Positions 1 to 10,207 are shown, counted from the first letter of the stretch. The stretch is 64,000 nt of DNA from an uncultured bacterium (GCA_963822585.1 CAWGIE010000035.1:224001-288000); one strand, 5' to 3'. Notes: generated from the sequence alone by a model not told the origin. A program made the numbers and translations.

Positions 1-199
1 CCCCGTCGATACCGGGAGCGGGCCCCGCCGCCGCCGGAGCCGGTGCCGGGACCGCGACCGGCGCCGGGGGAGGTGTCGCGGGCGCCGCCGACCGGGTTAC
101 TGACGGTTTTTTCGCTGCCGCCGGGGAGGAGCCTGTTCCCGTCTCCTCGACTTCCACCTCGTATGTTTTTCCGTTTACGGTAACCTTGAATTTTTTCAT
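1..199 (-). CDS. mmdC: Biotin carboxyl carrier subunit of Na+-translocating decarboxylase, N-terminal part (runs off the window)
   Basis: Manual translation from ATG at 199: MKKFKVTVNGKTYEVEVEE followed by an Ala/Pro-rich linker. Lies downstream of the carboxyltransferase and OadG-type genes. Not in the ORF track because it is open-ended. Confidence 0.85.
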   Translation of the reverse strand, partial: MKKFKVTVNGKTYEVEVEETGTGSSPAAAKKPSVTRSAAPATPPPAPVAVPAPAPAAAGPAPGIDG

Positions 200-263
200 A
201 GCCTGTTTCCTGTCACTCGGTTTCTGATTAGTATCTGAATGAGCGCCGCAGGCGCTGATTTAA

Positions 264-674
264 CTAGCGGAGAAGCTGCTCCATTCTTCCCACCTTTCCC
301 CATTGCGGGGTGGGATCTTCGGTAGTGGAGAGGGGCTTGACCCTGATCGTCGGGAGAGCGCTCCCCCGGGCGGCGGCCACGGCCGCCGCGATGACGGCGA
401 TCAGTTCCCCGTCGCTTTCCCCGGGCCCGGAGGGCGCTTCCGCGGGGGTTCCCGGCGGGAACGGCCGCGGCGTCCGGGGAGCTTTTTTCTTTTTCCCGGT
501 TTTGAAGACAGCGGACATCAGGTTGATGCAGCCCCAGAGGACGCCCAGGGCGACGAAGGTGATGGCCATGCCCATGATCGTGACATAGAAAGAAGCCACC
601 GCCTTGTCGCCGGCGGAGAGCCCCCGGATCAATTCCGAATCAACGAACTTTTGAAGCAGTGTCGCCTCTTGCAT
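264..674 (-). CDS. mmdD: OadG-family (delta/gamma) membrane subunit of Na+-pumping decarboxylase
   Basis: One TM helix (TIMGMAITFVALGVLW), Pro-rich linker, ELIAVIAAAVAA and terminal W..GR motif. Start placed at MQEATLL (674), not the ORF-track start. Confidence 0.85.
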   Translation of the reverse strand: MQEATLLQKFVDSELIRGLSAGDKAVASFYVTIMGMAITFVALGVLWGCINLMSAVFKTGKKKKAPRTPRPFPPGTPAEAPSGPGESDGELIAVIAAAVAAARGSALPTIRVKPLSTTEDPTPQWGKVGRMEQLLR

Positions 675-851
675 GGTGAGGAAGTGCCTAAAGTGCCTAA
701 AGTTGAAAGTGCCTAAAGTGAAAATGCTCTCTGAGACAGATGAACGGTATATAATCTCCTCTTTTCTCCTAGTGCATATTTCAAATAGCTCCGACGCAGT
801 CGGAGCCACGTCTAAATTTCCCCCGACTGCTGATAAGCAATCGGGGTAAAT

Positions 852-2399
852 TTAGACAGGCATATTGCCGTGTTTCTTCGGCGGACGTGTCTCGCGTTTT
901 GAAGCCAGCATGTTGAAAGCATCGATAATCCGGGGGCGCGAGGTGGCCGGCTCGATCACGTCATCGACGTATCCCAGCTCGGCCGCCTTGTAGGGCGTGG
1001 CGAATTCGGCGTTGTATTCCCGGAGCTTCTCCGCCCGGGCCGCCTCCGGATCCGGGGCGGCGCCGATCTCCTTCTCGAAGACCACGTTGGCCGCCCCGAC
1101 CGGTCCCATGACCGCTATTTCGGCCGTCGGCCAGGCCATCACCATGTCGCCCCCCAGGTGCTTCGAGCACATGGCGATGTACGCCCCTCCGTACGCTTTG
1201 CGGGTGATAACGGTCACGGTCGGCACCGTCGCTTCACTGTAGGCGTAGAGCAGCTTGGCCCCGTGCCGGATGATGCCGCCGTATTCCTGGCCGGTCCCCG
1301 GCAAAAATCCGGGCACGTCGACCAGGGTGAGGAGGGGTACGTTGAAAGCGTCGCAGGTCCGGACAAACCGGGCCGCTTTATCGGAGGCGTTGATGTCGAG
1401 ACAACCGGCCAGCATCTTCGGCTGGTTGGCGATAATGCCGATCGACCGCCCGTTCATCCGGGCGAAGCAGGTTACCATGTTGACCGCGTAGTAGGGCTGA
1501 TACTCCAGAAAGTCGCCGTTATCCACCAGCAGAGTGATGAGGTCATGTATGTCATATGGTTTGTTCGGGCTCTCCGGGATCAGGCTGTTCAATTCCGGGA
1601 TCAGCCGGTTCGGGTCGTCATTGGTTTCGTAAACGGGGGCGGTCTCGGTATTGTTGGAGGGCAGGTACCCGAGCAGTTTCTTCACGCTCTCGAGGGCGGC
1701 CTCGTCGTTCTCGGCCAGAAACGTCGCCACTCCGCTGACCCGGTTATGGGTCATCGCCCCGCCCAGAGTTTCCGCGGAGACCTCTTCCCGGGTGACCGAC
1801 TTGATCACCTTCGGCCCGGTGATGAACATTTTGCTGGTTTTATCGACCATGAAAGTGAAATCGGTCAACGCCGGAGAGTAAACGGCCCCGCCGGCGCAGG
1901 GGCCCATGATGACCGAGATCTGGGGGATCACCCCGGAAGCGATCGTGTTCCGGTAGAAAATCCCGCCGTATCCGCACAGAGAGTTTACCCCTTCCTGGAT
2001 CCGTGCCCCCCCGGAATCGTTGATCCCCACCACGGGGGCGCCGACCTTGAGGGCGTTGTCGAGGACCTTCCAGATCTTCTGGGCGTGCATCTCCCCCAGG
2101 GACCCCCCGATGACGGTGAAGTCCTGGGCGTACGCATAGACCAGCCTCCCGTTGACCTGACCGTAGCCGGTCACCACCCCTTCCCCCGGGGCCTCCTTCT
2201 TCTCCATCCCGAAATAGGTGCAGCGATGCTTGACGAAAGCGTCGATCTCGACAAATGTTCCCTCGTCAAAAAGAAGATTGAGCCGTTCCCGGGCGGTCAG
2301 TTTCCCCTTCTCATGCTGTTTCTGGATTCTGGCTTCTCCTCCCCCGAGAATGATTTTTTCCTTACGCTGCTGGAGATCCTGAAGTTTGTCCGTGCTCAT
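852..2399 (-). CDS. mmdA: Methylmalonyl-CoA decarboxylase alpha subunit / acyl-CoA carboxyltransferase
   Basis: [43 protein letters not shown] and KKHGNMP motifs; operon with OadG-type and biotin carrier genes. Confidence 0.92.
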   Translation of the reverse strand: MSTDKLQDLQQRKEKIILGGGEARIQKQHEKGKLTARERLNLLFDEGTFVEIDAFVKHRCTYFGMEKKEAPGEGVVTGYGQVNGRLVYAYAQDFTVIGGSLGEMHAQKIWKVLDNALKVGAPVVGINDSGGARIQEGVNSLCGYGGIFYRNTIASGVIPQISVIMGPCAGGAVYSPALTDFTFMVDKTSKMFITGPKVIKSVTREEVSAETLGGAMTHNRVSGVATFLAENDEAALESVKKLLGYLPSNNTETAPVYETNDDPNRLIPELNSLIPESPNKPYDIHDLITLLVDNGDFLEYQPYYAVNMVTCFARMNGRSIGIIANQPKMLAGCLDINASDKAARFVRTCDAFNVPLLTLVDVPGFLPGTGQEYGGIIRHGAKLLYAYSEATVPTVTVITRKAYGGAYIAMCSKHLGGDMVMAWPTAEIAVMGPVGAANVVFEKEIGAAPDPEAARAEKLREYNAEFATPYKAAELGYVDDVIEPATSRPRIIDAFNMLASKRETRPPKKHGNMPV

Positions 2400-2530
2400 G
2401 AGAACCGTCCTATATTATTTTGTGTCAAGTGGTCCGCGCGATAAATCAGCGAGCTAATGTGCTGCTTTTGAATTTCGATAAATGTAGTCAAAAAGGTATC
2501 CGCCCCGTATTAGGCGGGGCACTTCATTGC

Positions 2531-2553
2531 GCACCCTAAAGGGTGCGACTACC
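2531..2553 (-). repeat. GTAG-type REP hairpin
   Basis: Reverse strand reads GTAGTCGCACCCTTTAGGGTGC; related copy at 9098-9121. Confidence 0.6.
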
Positions 2554-2614
2554 TAAAGTAAGCGCGAAGCGCTGACTCGTATAATACACCAAGCGGCGGG
2601 AACGGCAAAATAAT

Positions 2615-3457
2615 TTAATAGCGGCGGGAGACCCAGAGCGCGGCCACGATGACGGCGCCTCCAAGCAGGAGCCTGGCCGGATCGGCGTGCTCTCCGAAGA
2701 CGACCAGGGCGACGGCGACACCGAGGGGGATTTTTATATTGTTAAAGACCGCCAGAGTCGCGGCCGAAGTCAGCAGCGCCCCCTTGTTCCACCAGAAGAA
2801 GCAGAGCCCGGAAGCAAGAGCGCCGAGGTAGAGAAGCGTGCCGGCCTGTCCGAGATCCAGCGCGGCCAGGCTTCCCCATCCTCCGGAGAGCGTGGTGGCG
2901 AGAGCGGTTATCGCCGCCGCGCCCAAAAAGAGGAGGGCGTATACCTCCCGGTCACGAAGATGGGAGAAAACCGGCCGGATCCTCCGGTATTCGATCTGTC
3001 CGTAGGCGAAGCAGCCGTTCGAAACCTGCATGAATAAAAAGCCGGCCAGGATACCGCTCAGTCCGGTATGATGATAGGTAATGAGAGCGGCTCCGAATAC
3101 CGCCAGCAGAGCCGCCAGCAAACCTCCGGGTCGAAACCGCCGGGAGCGGACGTCGTCGAACAGGATAACATAGAGAGGAGTGAAGATGGTAAAGAGCACC
3201 ACCTGGTACGCCTCCAGGTAACGGTAGGCCTGGAGGTAGGTGATGTACATGACCCCGTACTGAATGGTCCCGATGAAAACCAGCCGGACCGCCGCCGCCG
3301 GCGGCAGACGCTTCAGGCGGAGAAAGGGGAGAAAGAAGGGAAGGGTGATGACCATCCGGGCGCAGGCGACGAACGAGGGATCGAGTCCCCGCAGGTAGGT
3401 CTTGATCAGCCCGAAGGAGAAAGCCCAGATCAGTGAAACAACCAGTAAGTACCACAT
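2615..3457 (-). CDS. DMT/EamA transporter, YigM(BioP)/MadN-like, probable biotin or carboxylate transporter
   Basis: About 10 TM helices with LIWAFSF, LFTIFTPLY and GLCFFWWNKGA motifs resembling E. coli YigM; upstream of the biotin-dependent decarboxylase. Confidence 0.8.
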   Translation of the reverse strand: MWYLLVVSLIWAFSFGLIKTYLRGLDPSFVACARMVITLPFFLPFLRLKRLPPAAAVRLVFIGTIQYGVMYITYLQAYRYLEAYQVVLFTIFTPLYVILFDDVRSRRFRPGGLLAALLAVFGAALITYHHTGLSGILAGFLFMQVSNGCFAYGQIEYRRIRPVFSHLRDREVYALLFLGAAAITALATTLSGGWGSLAALDLGQAGTLLYLGALASGLCFFWWNKGALLTSAATLAVFNNIKIPLGVAVALVVFGEHADPARLLLGGAVIVAALWVSRRY

Positions 3458-3480
3458 GGGGACGGCCCTGATGATTGAAG

Positions 3481-3763
3481 AACATAGCGCCTGTGGCGCT
3501 AACTTTTTGTTTCAGCAGTTTCCCGGGATTGAATAGATGGAGTGATTATCCCCAAAGTGGATATCAGGTTATCAGCGTATCAGTGGGAAGAATACCGGGA
3601 TATCAGGTTATCAGGCGAGGCCGGCATCGCCATCTGATCTTCTGATAATCTGATCCCCTTCCCACTGATCTCCTGATTATCTGATCCGCTTAAGCGGCTT
3701 GTATACTCCCCCCAACGGCTGAACAGACTTTAAATTGATCTTCATTTTTGAATTTCCGAAGCA
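3481..3763 (-). repeat. MITE-like repeat family A, copy 1
   Basis: Reverse complement closely matches 58732-59012 and 46196-46387; internal imperfect palindrome ATCAGTGGGAAG...CTTCCCACTGAT. Confidence 0.9.
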
Positions 3764-3932
3764 GCAAGTATTGGTATAGCAATAAAACACGGAAAATCAA
3801 TTATTTAGTTAAATAATCAGGCCCGCTCTTTTATCCGGTAAAAAGTATTTACCGATTGCAGAGAGAGGTGTTATTATTTTCGGCAGGTAAAACGAAATTT
3901 CCGCGGGTATCTTCCCAATATGAGGAACCGGA

Positions 3933-6056
3933 ATGAATGAGGCGAAAGGCGCCGGCGAGGAGCCGGAGATTTTAAGATCGGTCGCCGATCTGGTCGATAT
4001 CGCCGGACATCTTCCTCCCTCTTCGGTCATCGTGCCGGGGGGCGACCGGATCGAGGACCTGGAGCTGGTCGAGGCGGCCCGGGATCACGGGATTGTCGAT
4101 CGGATTATCCTGGTCGGCGACCAGGCAGCGATCGAGCGGGGCATTGCCGAGGTGGGCGTCGTTGTTAACCGGAAAGATATCGTGGCCGCCGGGAGCGCCG
4201 AGGAGACGGCGGCGCGGACCGTCGATCTGGTTAAGCGCCGGGAAGCCGATATCGTTCTCAAGGGCAACATCTCCACCCCGATCATCAATCGCGCCCTGCG
4301 TCCTCTGGCGATCCGCTCGACGGTGAGCCTGGCGACTATTTTCGACGCGGCGCCGATCTCCTCCGGGCGCCCGATGATCCTTACCGACGCCGGTTTCACC
4401 ACCATCTGTAACTTCGGCCGGATGGTGGACCTGATCAAAAATGCCGTCGATCTCGCCCAGATAGTGATGGGAATCAAACGGCCCCGGGTGGCGATCCTCT
4501 CGGCCAACGAGAAGCAGATCGCCTCCCTCCCCTCCACCCGGCTGGGCGCCCAGCTTGCCCGGCGCACCTGGACGGACGCGATCGTCTACGGCCCGCTCTC
4601 CTTCGATCTGGCCACCGACCCCGAATCCGTGGCCATGAAAGGAGTCCCCTCCAATCCCGCCGCCCGCGAGGTCGCCGGCCAGGCGGATATCCTGGTCTGT
4701 CCGGGGATCGATACCGCCAACGCCCTCTATAAGACCATCACCGCCCTGAACAAGTACGGGCAGGCTTCGCTGGCCGGGATCACCGTGGGTTTTCCCTTTC
4801 CCTACATCATTCTCTCCCGTTCGGACACACTGGAGACCAGGCTGGAGTCGATCGCTCTGTGCAGTGTTTTCGCCCAGCGAGTATCCCACTGGCAGGCCGC
4901 GGCGCCCCGGCCATCTAAACCTCCTTCCCGGAAAGAACCCCGGATACTGGTCTATAATCCGGGTTCGACGTCGATCAAGATTTCCCTCTTTGCCGGCGAC
5001 CGGGTCCTGCATTCCACGGAAGAGGCCGCTGCGATCCCCGCTGCCGGCAGCCGGGAGGAAGGTGAACGGATAGCCGCCGATCTGGCTCTCCGCGCCGGGA
5101 AGATCGTCAGCGGCTGGGGGATCCGGCGGATCGACGCCATCGCCGCCCGGGGCGGTTTTCTTTCCCGGCCGGAGGAGAAATTATCCGGGGGGGTCTATTC
5201 GATCGCCCGAAAACGGGGAAAACGGATAGTCGTGGATAACGGGATCGTCTCCGCGGTGCTCGATCACCCGGAGCACAACCATCCCGGCAACTTCGGCATC
5301 CCGGTAGCGGCGGCGCTGGCCGAAAAGTACCAGGCCCCCGCCGTCACGGTCGATCCCGTGGCGGTCGATGAATTCAGCCCGGAGGCCGAAATCTCCGGCT
5401 ATGCCGGGATCGCCCGCCGCAGTATCGCCCATGCTCTCAGCGTGAAGGCCGCGGCCCGTCTGGCCGCCAAACAGATCAAACGCCCGCTGGAAGACATGAA
5501 CCTGGTTGTCGCCCATCTGGGCGGCGGTATCACGGTCGCCGCGATCAAGGGGGGGAAAATGATCGATAACTCGATCGCGTTTCTCGGTGAAGGTCCCTTC
5601 TCTCCCCGCCGGGCCGGCCGGTTGCCGTTGTCCGGACTGATCGAGATCTGCTATTCGGGACGGTTCTCACGGGAGGAATTGATCGAAGAGCTGACCGAGA
5701 ACGGCGGTTTGCGTTCGTATCTGGGAGAAGACCGCATGGAGGTGATCGAAGAACGGATCGCCGCCGGCGATCAGAAGGCGGAACGCGTGGTGGAGGCGAT
5801 GATCTACCAGATCGCCAAGGAGATCGGGGCGATGTACGTGGCGGCGGGATGCGACGTGGAGGCGATCGTTCTCACCGGGGGACTTACCCGGAGCCAGCGG
5901 ATACGGACCGGGGTTCGGCGCCAGGTCAACTACCTGGCCCCGGTGGTGACCTTCGAGGGGAACCTGGAGATGGCGGCCCTGGCGTCCGGCGCCGCGGCCG
6001 TTCTCTCCGGCCGAGAGACCGCCCGGCGGTATCCGCCCCCGGAGCGAAAAAAATGA
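3933..6056 (+). CDS. Fused phosphate acyltransferase (Ptb-like) - butyrate kinase (Buk-like)
   Basis: N-half: LKGNISTP, GPLSFDLA, ADILVCP, ILSRSD. C-half: NPGSTSIK, ARGG, VAHLGGGITV, GEGPFSP, IAKEIG, LTGG. Confidence 0.88.
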   Translation: MNEAKGAGEEPEILRSVADLVDIAGHLPPSSVIVPGGDRIEDLELVEAARDHGIVDRIILVGDQAAIERGIAEVGVVVNRKDIVAAGSAEETAARTVDLVKRREADIVLKGNISTPIINRALRPLAIRSTVSLATIFDAAPISSGRPMILTDAGFTTICNFGRMVDLIKNAVDLAQIVMGIKRPRVAILSANEKQIASLPSTRLGAQLARRTWTDAIVYGPLSFDLATDPESVAMKGVPSNPAAREVAGQADILVCPGIDTANALYKTITALNKYGQASLAGITVGFPFPYIILSRSDTLETRLESIALCSVFAQRVSHWQAAAPRPSKPPSRKEPRILVYNPGSTSIKISLFAGDRVLHSTEEAAAIPAAGSREEGERIAADLALRAGKIVSGWGIRRIDAIAARGGFLSRPEEKLSGGVYSIARKRGKRIVVDNGIVSAVLDHPEHNHPGNFGIPVAAALAEKYQAPAVTVDPVAVDEFSPEAEISGYAGIARRSIAHALSVKAAARLAAKQIKRPLEDMNLVVAHLGGGITVAAIKGGKMIDNSIAFLGEGPFSPRRAGRLPLSGLIEICYSGRFSREELIEELTENGGLRSYLGEDRMEVIEERIAAGDQKAERVVEAMIYQIAKEIGAMYVAAGCDVEAIVLTGGLTRSQRIRTGVRRQVNYLAPVVTFEGNLEMAALASGAAAVLSGRETARRYPPPERKK

Positions 6057-6108
6057 TTCAGCCCAAAGGGCCGATCTTGATGTCGGCCCGATTCAGGAGA
6101 ACGATATC

Positions 6109-6594
6109 ATGAGCGAACAGGAGAAACAGCACTGGGTCTTCCGGGCCCATGTCTACGACCGGTCCGGGGCCCTGACCAGTATCGCCTCGGCCTTCAGTAA
6201 CGAAGGGATCAGTATCGATACCGTGGTCGGCCATGGGCTGGAAGAACGGGCCGGGATCGACGGCAGCGTGGTCATGACTTTCCATTGCAGCGAGAAAGAA
6301 AAGGATGTTATGGTTCGGAAGATCCGGCGGCTCAGCAAGGTCAAATCCCTGGAAGAGCATCCGTATGAATCTCAAAATCTGCGGAAGTCGGCGATCATCC
6401 GTTCCACCCGGAGACTGGCCCCCTCCGACGTGGCGGGAGAAAATTCGTTTTTAACCAGCGAACTGGTGAATGTGGGACCCCACGGATTTACCTACCTGCT
6501 GGCGGGTTCGCCCAGCGAGCTGGATCCGATCCTGATTAAACTGGAGACCGCCGGGGTGGTCGAGGACATCGTGTTCTCAATCGTGGGGTTATAA
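6109..6594 (+). CDS. ACT-domain protein (IlvH/IlvN-like N-terminal ACT fold)
   Basis: VYDRSGALTSIASAFSNEGISIDTV resembles the AHAS small-subunit ACT signature; AGGAG RBS. Confidence 0.65.
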   Translation: MSEQEKQHWVFRAHVYDRSGALTSIASAFSNEGISIDTVVGHGLEERAGIDGSVVMTFHCSEKEKDVMVRKIRRLSKVKSLEEHPYESQNLRKSAIIRSTRRLAPSDVAGENSFLTSELVNVGPHGFTYLLAGSPSELDPILIKLETAGVVEDIVFSIVGL

Positions 6595-6599
6595 GTCGA

Positions 6600-7031
6600 A
6601 TGAAAAGAATCTGTCTGATCGCGGCGGTCCTGATCCTGGGAGGAAGCTGTTCGCGGCCGGGAGGGGATACGGGGAAGAAGAGGGATACCTCAACGTTATT
6701 GAACGCGTTAATCGGCTCCTGGCACGATGAAAAAGTGGGAGGATGGAGGGAATATTTTTCCGCGGCCGGGAGGTATGCCATCACGGTGGAGGGGGACGTC
6801 TTTTATGAAGGCGGTTTCGGCATCGAGGAGGAGGTTCCCGCCACCCGTTCCCTGAAACTTCTCCTGACGGGGGACGGCGATTCCGAGGGATCTGAATTGC
6901 GGATAGAGGGAACATTCTCTCCGGATTACCGGGAGTTCGCGGGGTCGCTGGCCGAGAGCGTCGCCGGGGGCCCCTGGACCACCCCGCGCCCCTTCCGGTG
7001 GATGTATGAAAGCGCCCGAGAAACACCGTGA
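6600..7031 (+). CDS. Hypothetical lipoprotein
   Basis: MKRICLIAAVLILGGSC signal peptide with lipobox-like Cys. Confidence 0.6.
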   Translation: MKRICLIAAVLILGGSCSRPGGDTGKKRDTSTLLNALIGSWHDEKVGGWREYFSAAGRYAITVEGDVFYEGGFGIEEEVPATRSLKLLLTGDGDSEGSELRIEGTFSPDYREFAGSLAESVAGGPWTTPRPFRWMYESARETP

Positions 7032-7288
7032 AAGGAAGGAGAAGCCGTCACCGGGAGAAAGCGGGAGTAATAGACCGTCGCCCGCCGGATCCGAAAAGGG
7101 CATTTTTTGCGGTTTCCCTATCTTCAGTCATTGCGTCTTATCTCCGTGAAGCACGAGAAAGTGTGCTCCCCCACTTGCTTCCCCGTTTCCCCGCGTATCC
7201 CCTTAAAAAGAACGTTAGAATTGAGTTTCTTATTGCCGCTTTGATATAATTCGTCCCGATCGAGATACCGCTCGTCAGGGAGCGCCTT

Positions 7289-8260
7289 ATGACATCTTCC
7301 CTTCAAGAAACCTACATGATGCGCGCCGTTAAGGTGAGCCTTTTCGGCAACATTATTCTGTTTTCGATCAAGATCGTCACCCTCCTTTTCGTCAACTCAC
7401 TCGCCATCGCCGTGGATCTGGGCATATCGTGCGTGGGACTGGTGGTTTCCGTCATCCTTTACCATTCGATAAAAATGGCCAACCGCCCCGAAGATTTATT
7501 TCACAATTACGGCTACAGCAAAATAGAGCACGTCTGCGAGGCCATGGAAGGGGTCATCTTGATCGGTATCGCCCTGGCCATGTCGTTTCAGGCTGTCATC
7601 AGCGTTTTTTACCCCCGGCATGTCCATCTTTTCTGGGTCGGCCTTACCTCCAGCATCATTAATTTTTCCATCAATTTCGCGGGAGCCTATTACATCTTCA
7701 AGATGGCAAAAAAAAGCGCCTCTCCGGCCATTCACGCCGAGGGGGTCCATTATCGATTAGAGGGTTTCATATCGATGACCGTCGCGGCCTCTTTCATTAT
7801 TTCCCTGCTTTTGCGGGCGAACAACATACTGGCGGCGATACCGTACGTCGATCCGATCGCCACGCTCCTGGTCAGCGTCATCATTGCCGTACCTTCTTTT
7901 AAGATGGCAAAAGGCGCGTTTTTCAACCTGCTGGATGCCACGATAGAAGAAGGGAGCAGTATGGAAGTGATCAAATGGCTGGCCCGGCACAGTGACAAGT
8001 ATTGTGACTTCGGAGATCTGAAGAGCAGGGTCGCGGGGAGGAAAAAATTCATCGAACTCGACATTATCATGCCGGAAGACATCCATTTCAAAAAAGGGCA
8101 TGATCTGATTTCTCGCCTGGAAGCCGATATTATATCCAGTATTCCGGAAAGCACGGTTACGATAAAAATGAAGCCGTGCGACAAGGATTGCGAATTTATC
8201 AGAAGAAGCGGAGAATGTCCCTATTTGTCCGCCTGCGCCGAAGATCACCCGGATGACTAA
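7289..8260 (+). CDS. Cation diffusion facilitator (CDF) transporter
   Basis: HNYGYSKIE and DPIATLLVS motifs, six TM helices, ZT-dimer C-terminal domain, Cys-rich tail. Confidence 0.88.
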   Translation: MTSSLQETYMMRAVKVSLFGNIILFSIKIVTLLFVNSLAIAVDLGISCVGLVVSVILYHSIKMANRPEDLFHNYGYSKIEHVCEAMEGVILIGIALAMSFQAVISVFYPRHVHLFWVGLTSSIINFSINFAGAYYIFKMAKKSASPAIHAEGVHYRLEGFISMTVAASFIISLLLRANNILAAIPYVDPIATLLVSVIIAVPSFKMAKGAFFNLLDATIEEGSSMEVIKWLARHSDKYCDFGDLKSRVAGRKKFIELDIIMPEDIHFKKGHDLISRLEADIISSIPESTVTIKMKPCDKDCEFIRRSGECPYLSACAEDHPDD

Positions 8261-8330
8261 CGGAGCGGGAAACAAAATAGGGGCAACTCTTTCAACGGTC
8301 GATAGCGACAGCAAATAAAGGAGGCAGGTT

Positions 8331-9017
8331 ATGGAGAAAAGATGGTGTTTGGGCATAGTGCTGGTTCTTCCGGTCCTCCTCGCCGGACCGGCCGTCGCCG
8401 GGACTGGGGGAGCAAGCGAACCGGATTCATTTTACATGGCTCTCCGGGGCGGTCCGGGGTGGGCCGACCAGGCCGAGCGCAGTCCGGAGAGCGGGAGCGG
8501 CGCGAAGCTGAAGTTCGAGTCGGAGTACGATCTCAACCTGGCCGCCGGCTACCGCTTTCTTTCCTGGCTGCGGGCGGAAGGGGAGCTGGGTTTCGTGAAC
8601 ATGTCCCTGGATAATCTTGAACTGGAAAACCGGGGGCAGACGGTGGACGCTAACGGGCAGGACCGGCAGTATCGCGGGATGGTAAACGTATATCTCGACG
8701 GAGCGAACTCCACGGCCTTCACCCCCTTCATCGGCGCCGGAGCCGGGGCAATCCGGGCCAACCTCGATCTTTCCTGGACGCTGCCCCGGAGCGGGGCGAC
8801 GGTCAAGACCGATGACTGGGATTGGGCTTTCGCCTGGCAGTTCATGGCCGGGATCGGCTGGCGGGTTGCCCCCCGCCTGGAGGTGGAGCTTGCCTACCGC
8901 TATTACGGCAGCGACGACCGCTCCCACGCCAATCACAGCACGGCCAACAATCCCGACGTGGTGGTGGACGGGACCCGGGCCAGTTTCGTGCAGGCCGGTC
9001 TGCGGTATTATTTTTAA
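8331..9017 (+). CDS. Outer-membrane beta-barrel protein (8-strand porin/opacity-like)
   Basis: Signal peptide, LRAEGELG, TPFIGAGAG, FAWQFMAG, C-terminal GLRYYF. Confidence 0.85.
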   Translation: MEKRWCLGIVLVLPVLLAGPAVAGTGGASEPDSFYMALRGGPGWADQAERSPESGSGAKLKFESEYDLNLAAGYRFLSWLRAEGELGFVNMSLDNLELENRGQTVDANGQDRQYRGMVNVYLDGANSTAFTPFIGAGAGAIRANLDLSWTLPRSGATVKTDDWDWAFAWQFMAGIGWRVAPRLEVELAYRYYGSDDRSHANHSTANNPDVVVDGTRASFVQAGLRYYF

Positions 9018-9052
9018 AATAACCGCTGTCTTGCCGGAAGGTCTTTTGGAAT

Positions 9053-9080
9053 TTGACATCGGCGGTTATTTTGTTATAGT
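9053..9080 (+). promoter_or_regulatory. Sigma70-type promoter upstream of aldolase
   Basis: TTGACA (9053-9058), 16-bp spacer, TG-n-TATAGT extended -10 (9075-9080). Confidence 0.65.
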
Positions 9081-9097
9081 TCCTCCCCCTGCGTTTT

Positions 9098-9121
9098 GCG
9101 CAGGCTGAAGCCTGCGACTAC
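9098..9121 (-). repeat. GTAG-type REP hairpin
   Basis: Reverse strand reads GTAGTCGCAGGCTTCAGCCTGCGC. Confidence 0.65.
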
Positions 9122-9196
9122 CGGAAATTATCACCAGACCGTACCCCGCAAAATGAACACAGTTTCTAGAATTTTTTAACGATTAGGAGAACAGTC

Positions 9197-10146
9197 ATGA
9201 TCGTATCGACCAAGGAACTTTTCAAACACGCCTACGGCAAGTACGCCCTGGGAGCGTACAATATCAATAACGCCGAACAGATTATGGGGCTCTTCAAGGG
9301 AAATCTGGAAAGCTCCGCGCCGTTTATCATTCAAATCTCCAAAGGCGCCCGGTCTTATACCGACAAGCGGCTGCTCGAGGCCATGATCAGGGCGGCCGAC
9401 GAGATCTTCCCGGACGCGATCTATGCCGTTCATCTGGACCATGGCGATGAGGCCTCCTGCATGGACTGTATCGAGAGCGGCTTTTACAGTTCCGTCATGA
9501 TCGATGCCAGCAGCAAGGACTTCGAAGAAAATGTCGCCATAACCAAGAGAGTGGTGGAAGCGGCCCATGCCAAAGGGATCGCGGTGGAAGCCGAGCTGGG
9601 AACCCTGGGCGGGGTCGAGGAACATGTCGCGGTCGATGAGGGTGAAGCCCATCTCACCGATCCGGCCGAAGCGGCGGAATTCGTCAAGCGAACCGGATGC
9701 GACAGTCTGGCCTGCGCCTTCGGTACCAGTCATGGAGCCTTCAATTTAGCGGATCTCAGGGGCTTCATTTCGAGATTATCAAGGGGATCCGGGATCTTTT
9801 GCCCGGTTTCCCGATCGTGATGCACGGCTCCAGTTCCGTCCCCCAGGATGAAGTCCGCCGGATAACGCCGCCGGGGGAAAGATGAAGGGGGCCAAGGGCG
9901 TGGATGAAGATCAGGATCAGTCAGGCGGCCACGATGGGTGTTACCAAGGTCAATATCGATACCGACGGAAGATTGGTATGGTGCCGGGTCCACCGGGAGA
10001 GTTTCCGGGATGACCCGGAGAATTTCGATCTCCGGCCCCCGGGAAAGATATTCATGGCCGAGTATGCCAAATACATCGCCCACAAGAACAAAGTGCTGGG
10101 CAGCGCCGGGCAGCTGGAAGAGGTGAGGAAGACGTTAAAAGGATAG
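9197..10146 (+). CDS. fba: Class II fructose-bisphosphate aldolase (apparent frameshifts near 9742, 9863, 9914)
   Basis: HLDHG, SSVMID, VEAELG, GTSHGA, VMHGSS and KVNIDTD motifs spread over several frames; single-base indels at short homopolymers restore one ORF. Confidence 0.88.
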
Positions 10147-10207
10147 GCGTTGTCTGAGTTTTTCCCACGCAAAGGATAGATAGACTTGTCTTTATAATAT
10201 TTTGCCT

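Noticed and set aside
680..725. N-terminal extension of the OadG-type ORF to 809
   Set aside because: It runs through an AAGTGCCTA periodic repeat also seen at 35699-35735, so it is non-coding.
7032..7288. Metal-sensing riboswitch or small ORFs upstream of the CDF gene
   Set aside because: No recognisable NiCo or yybP consensus; the short ORFs lack an RBS or motifs.
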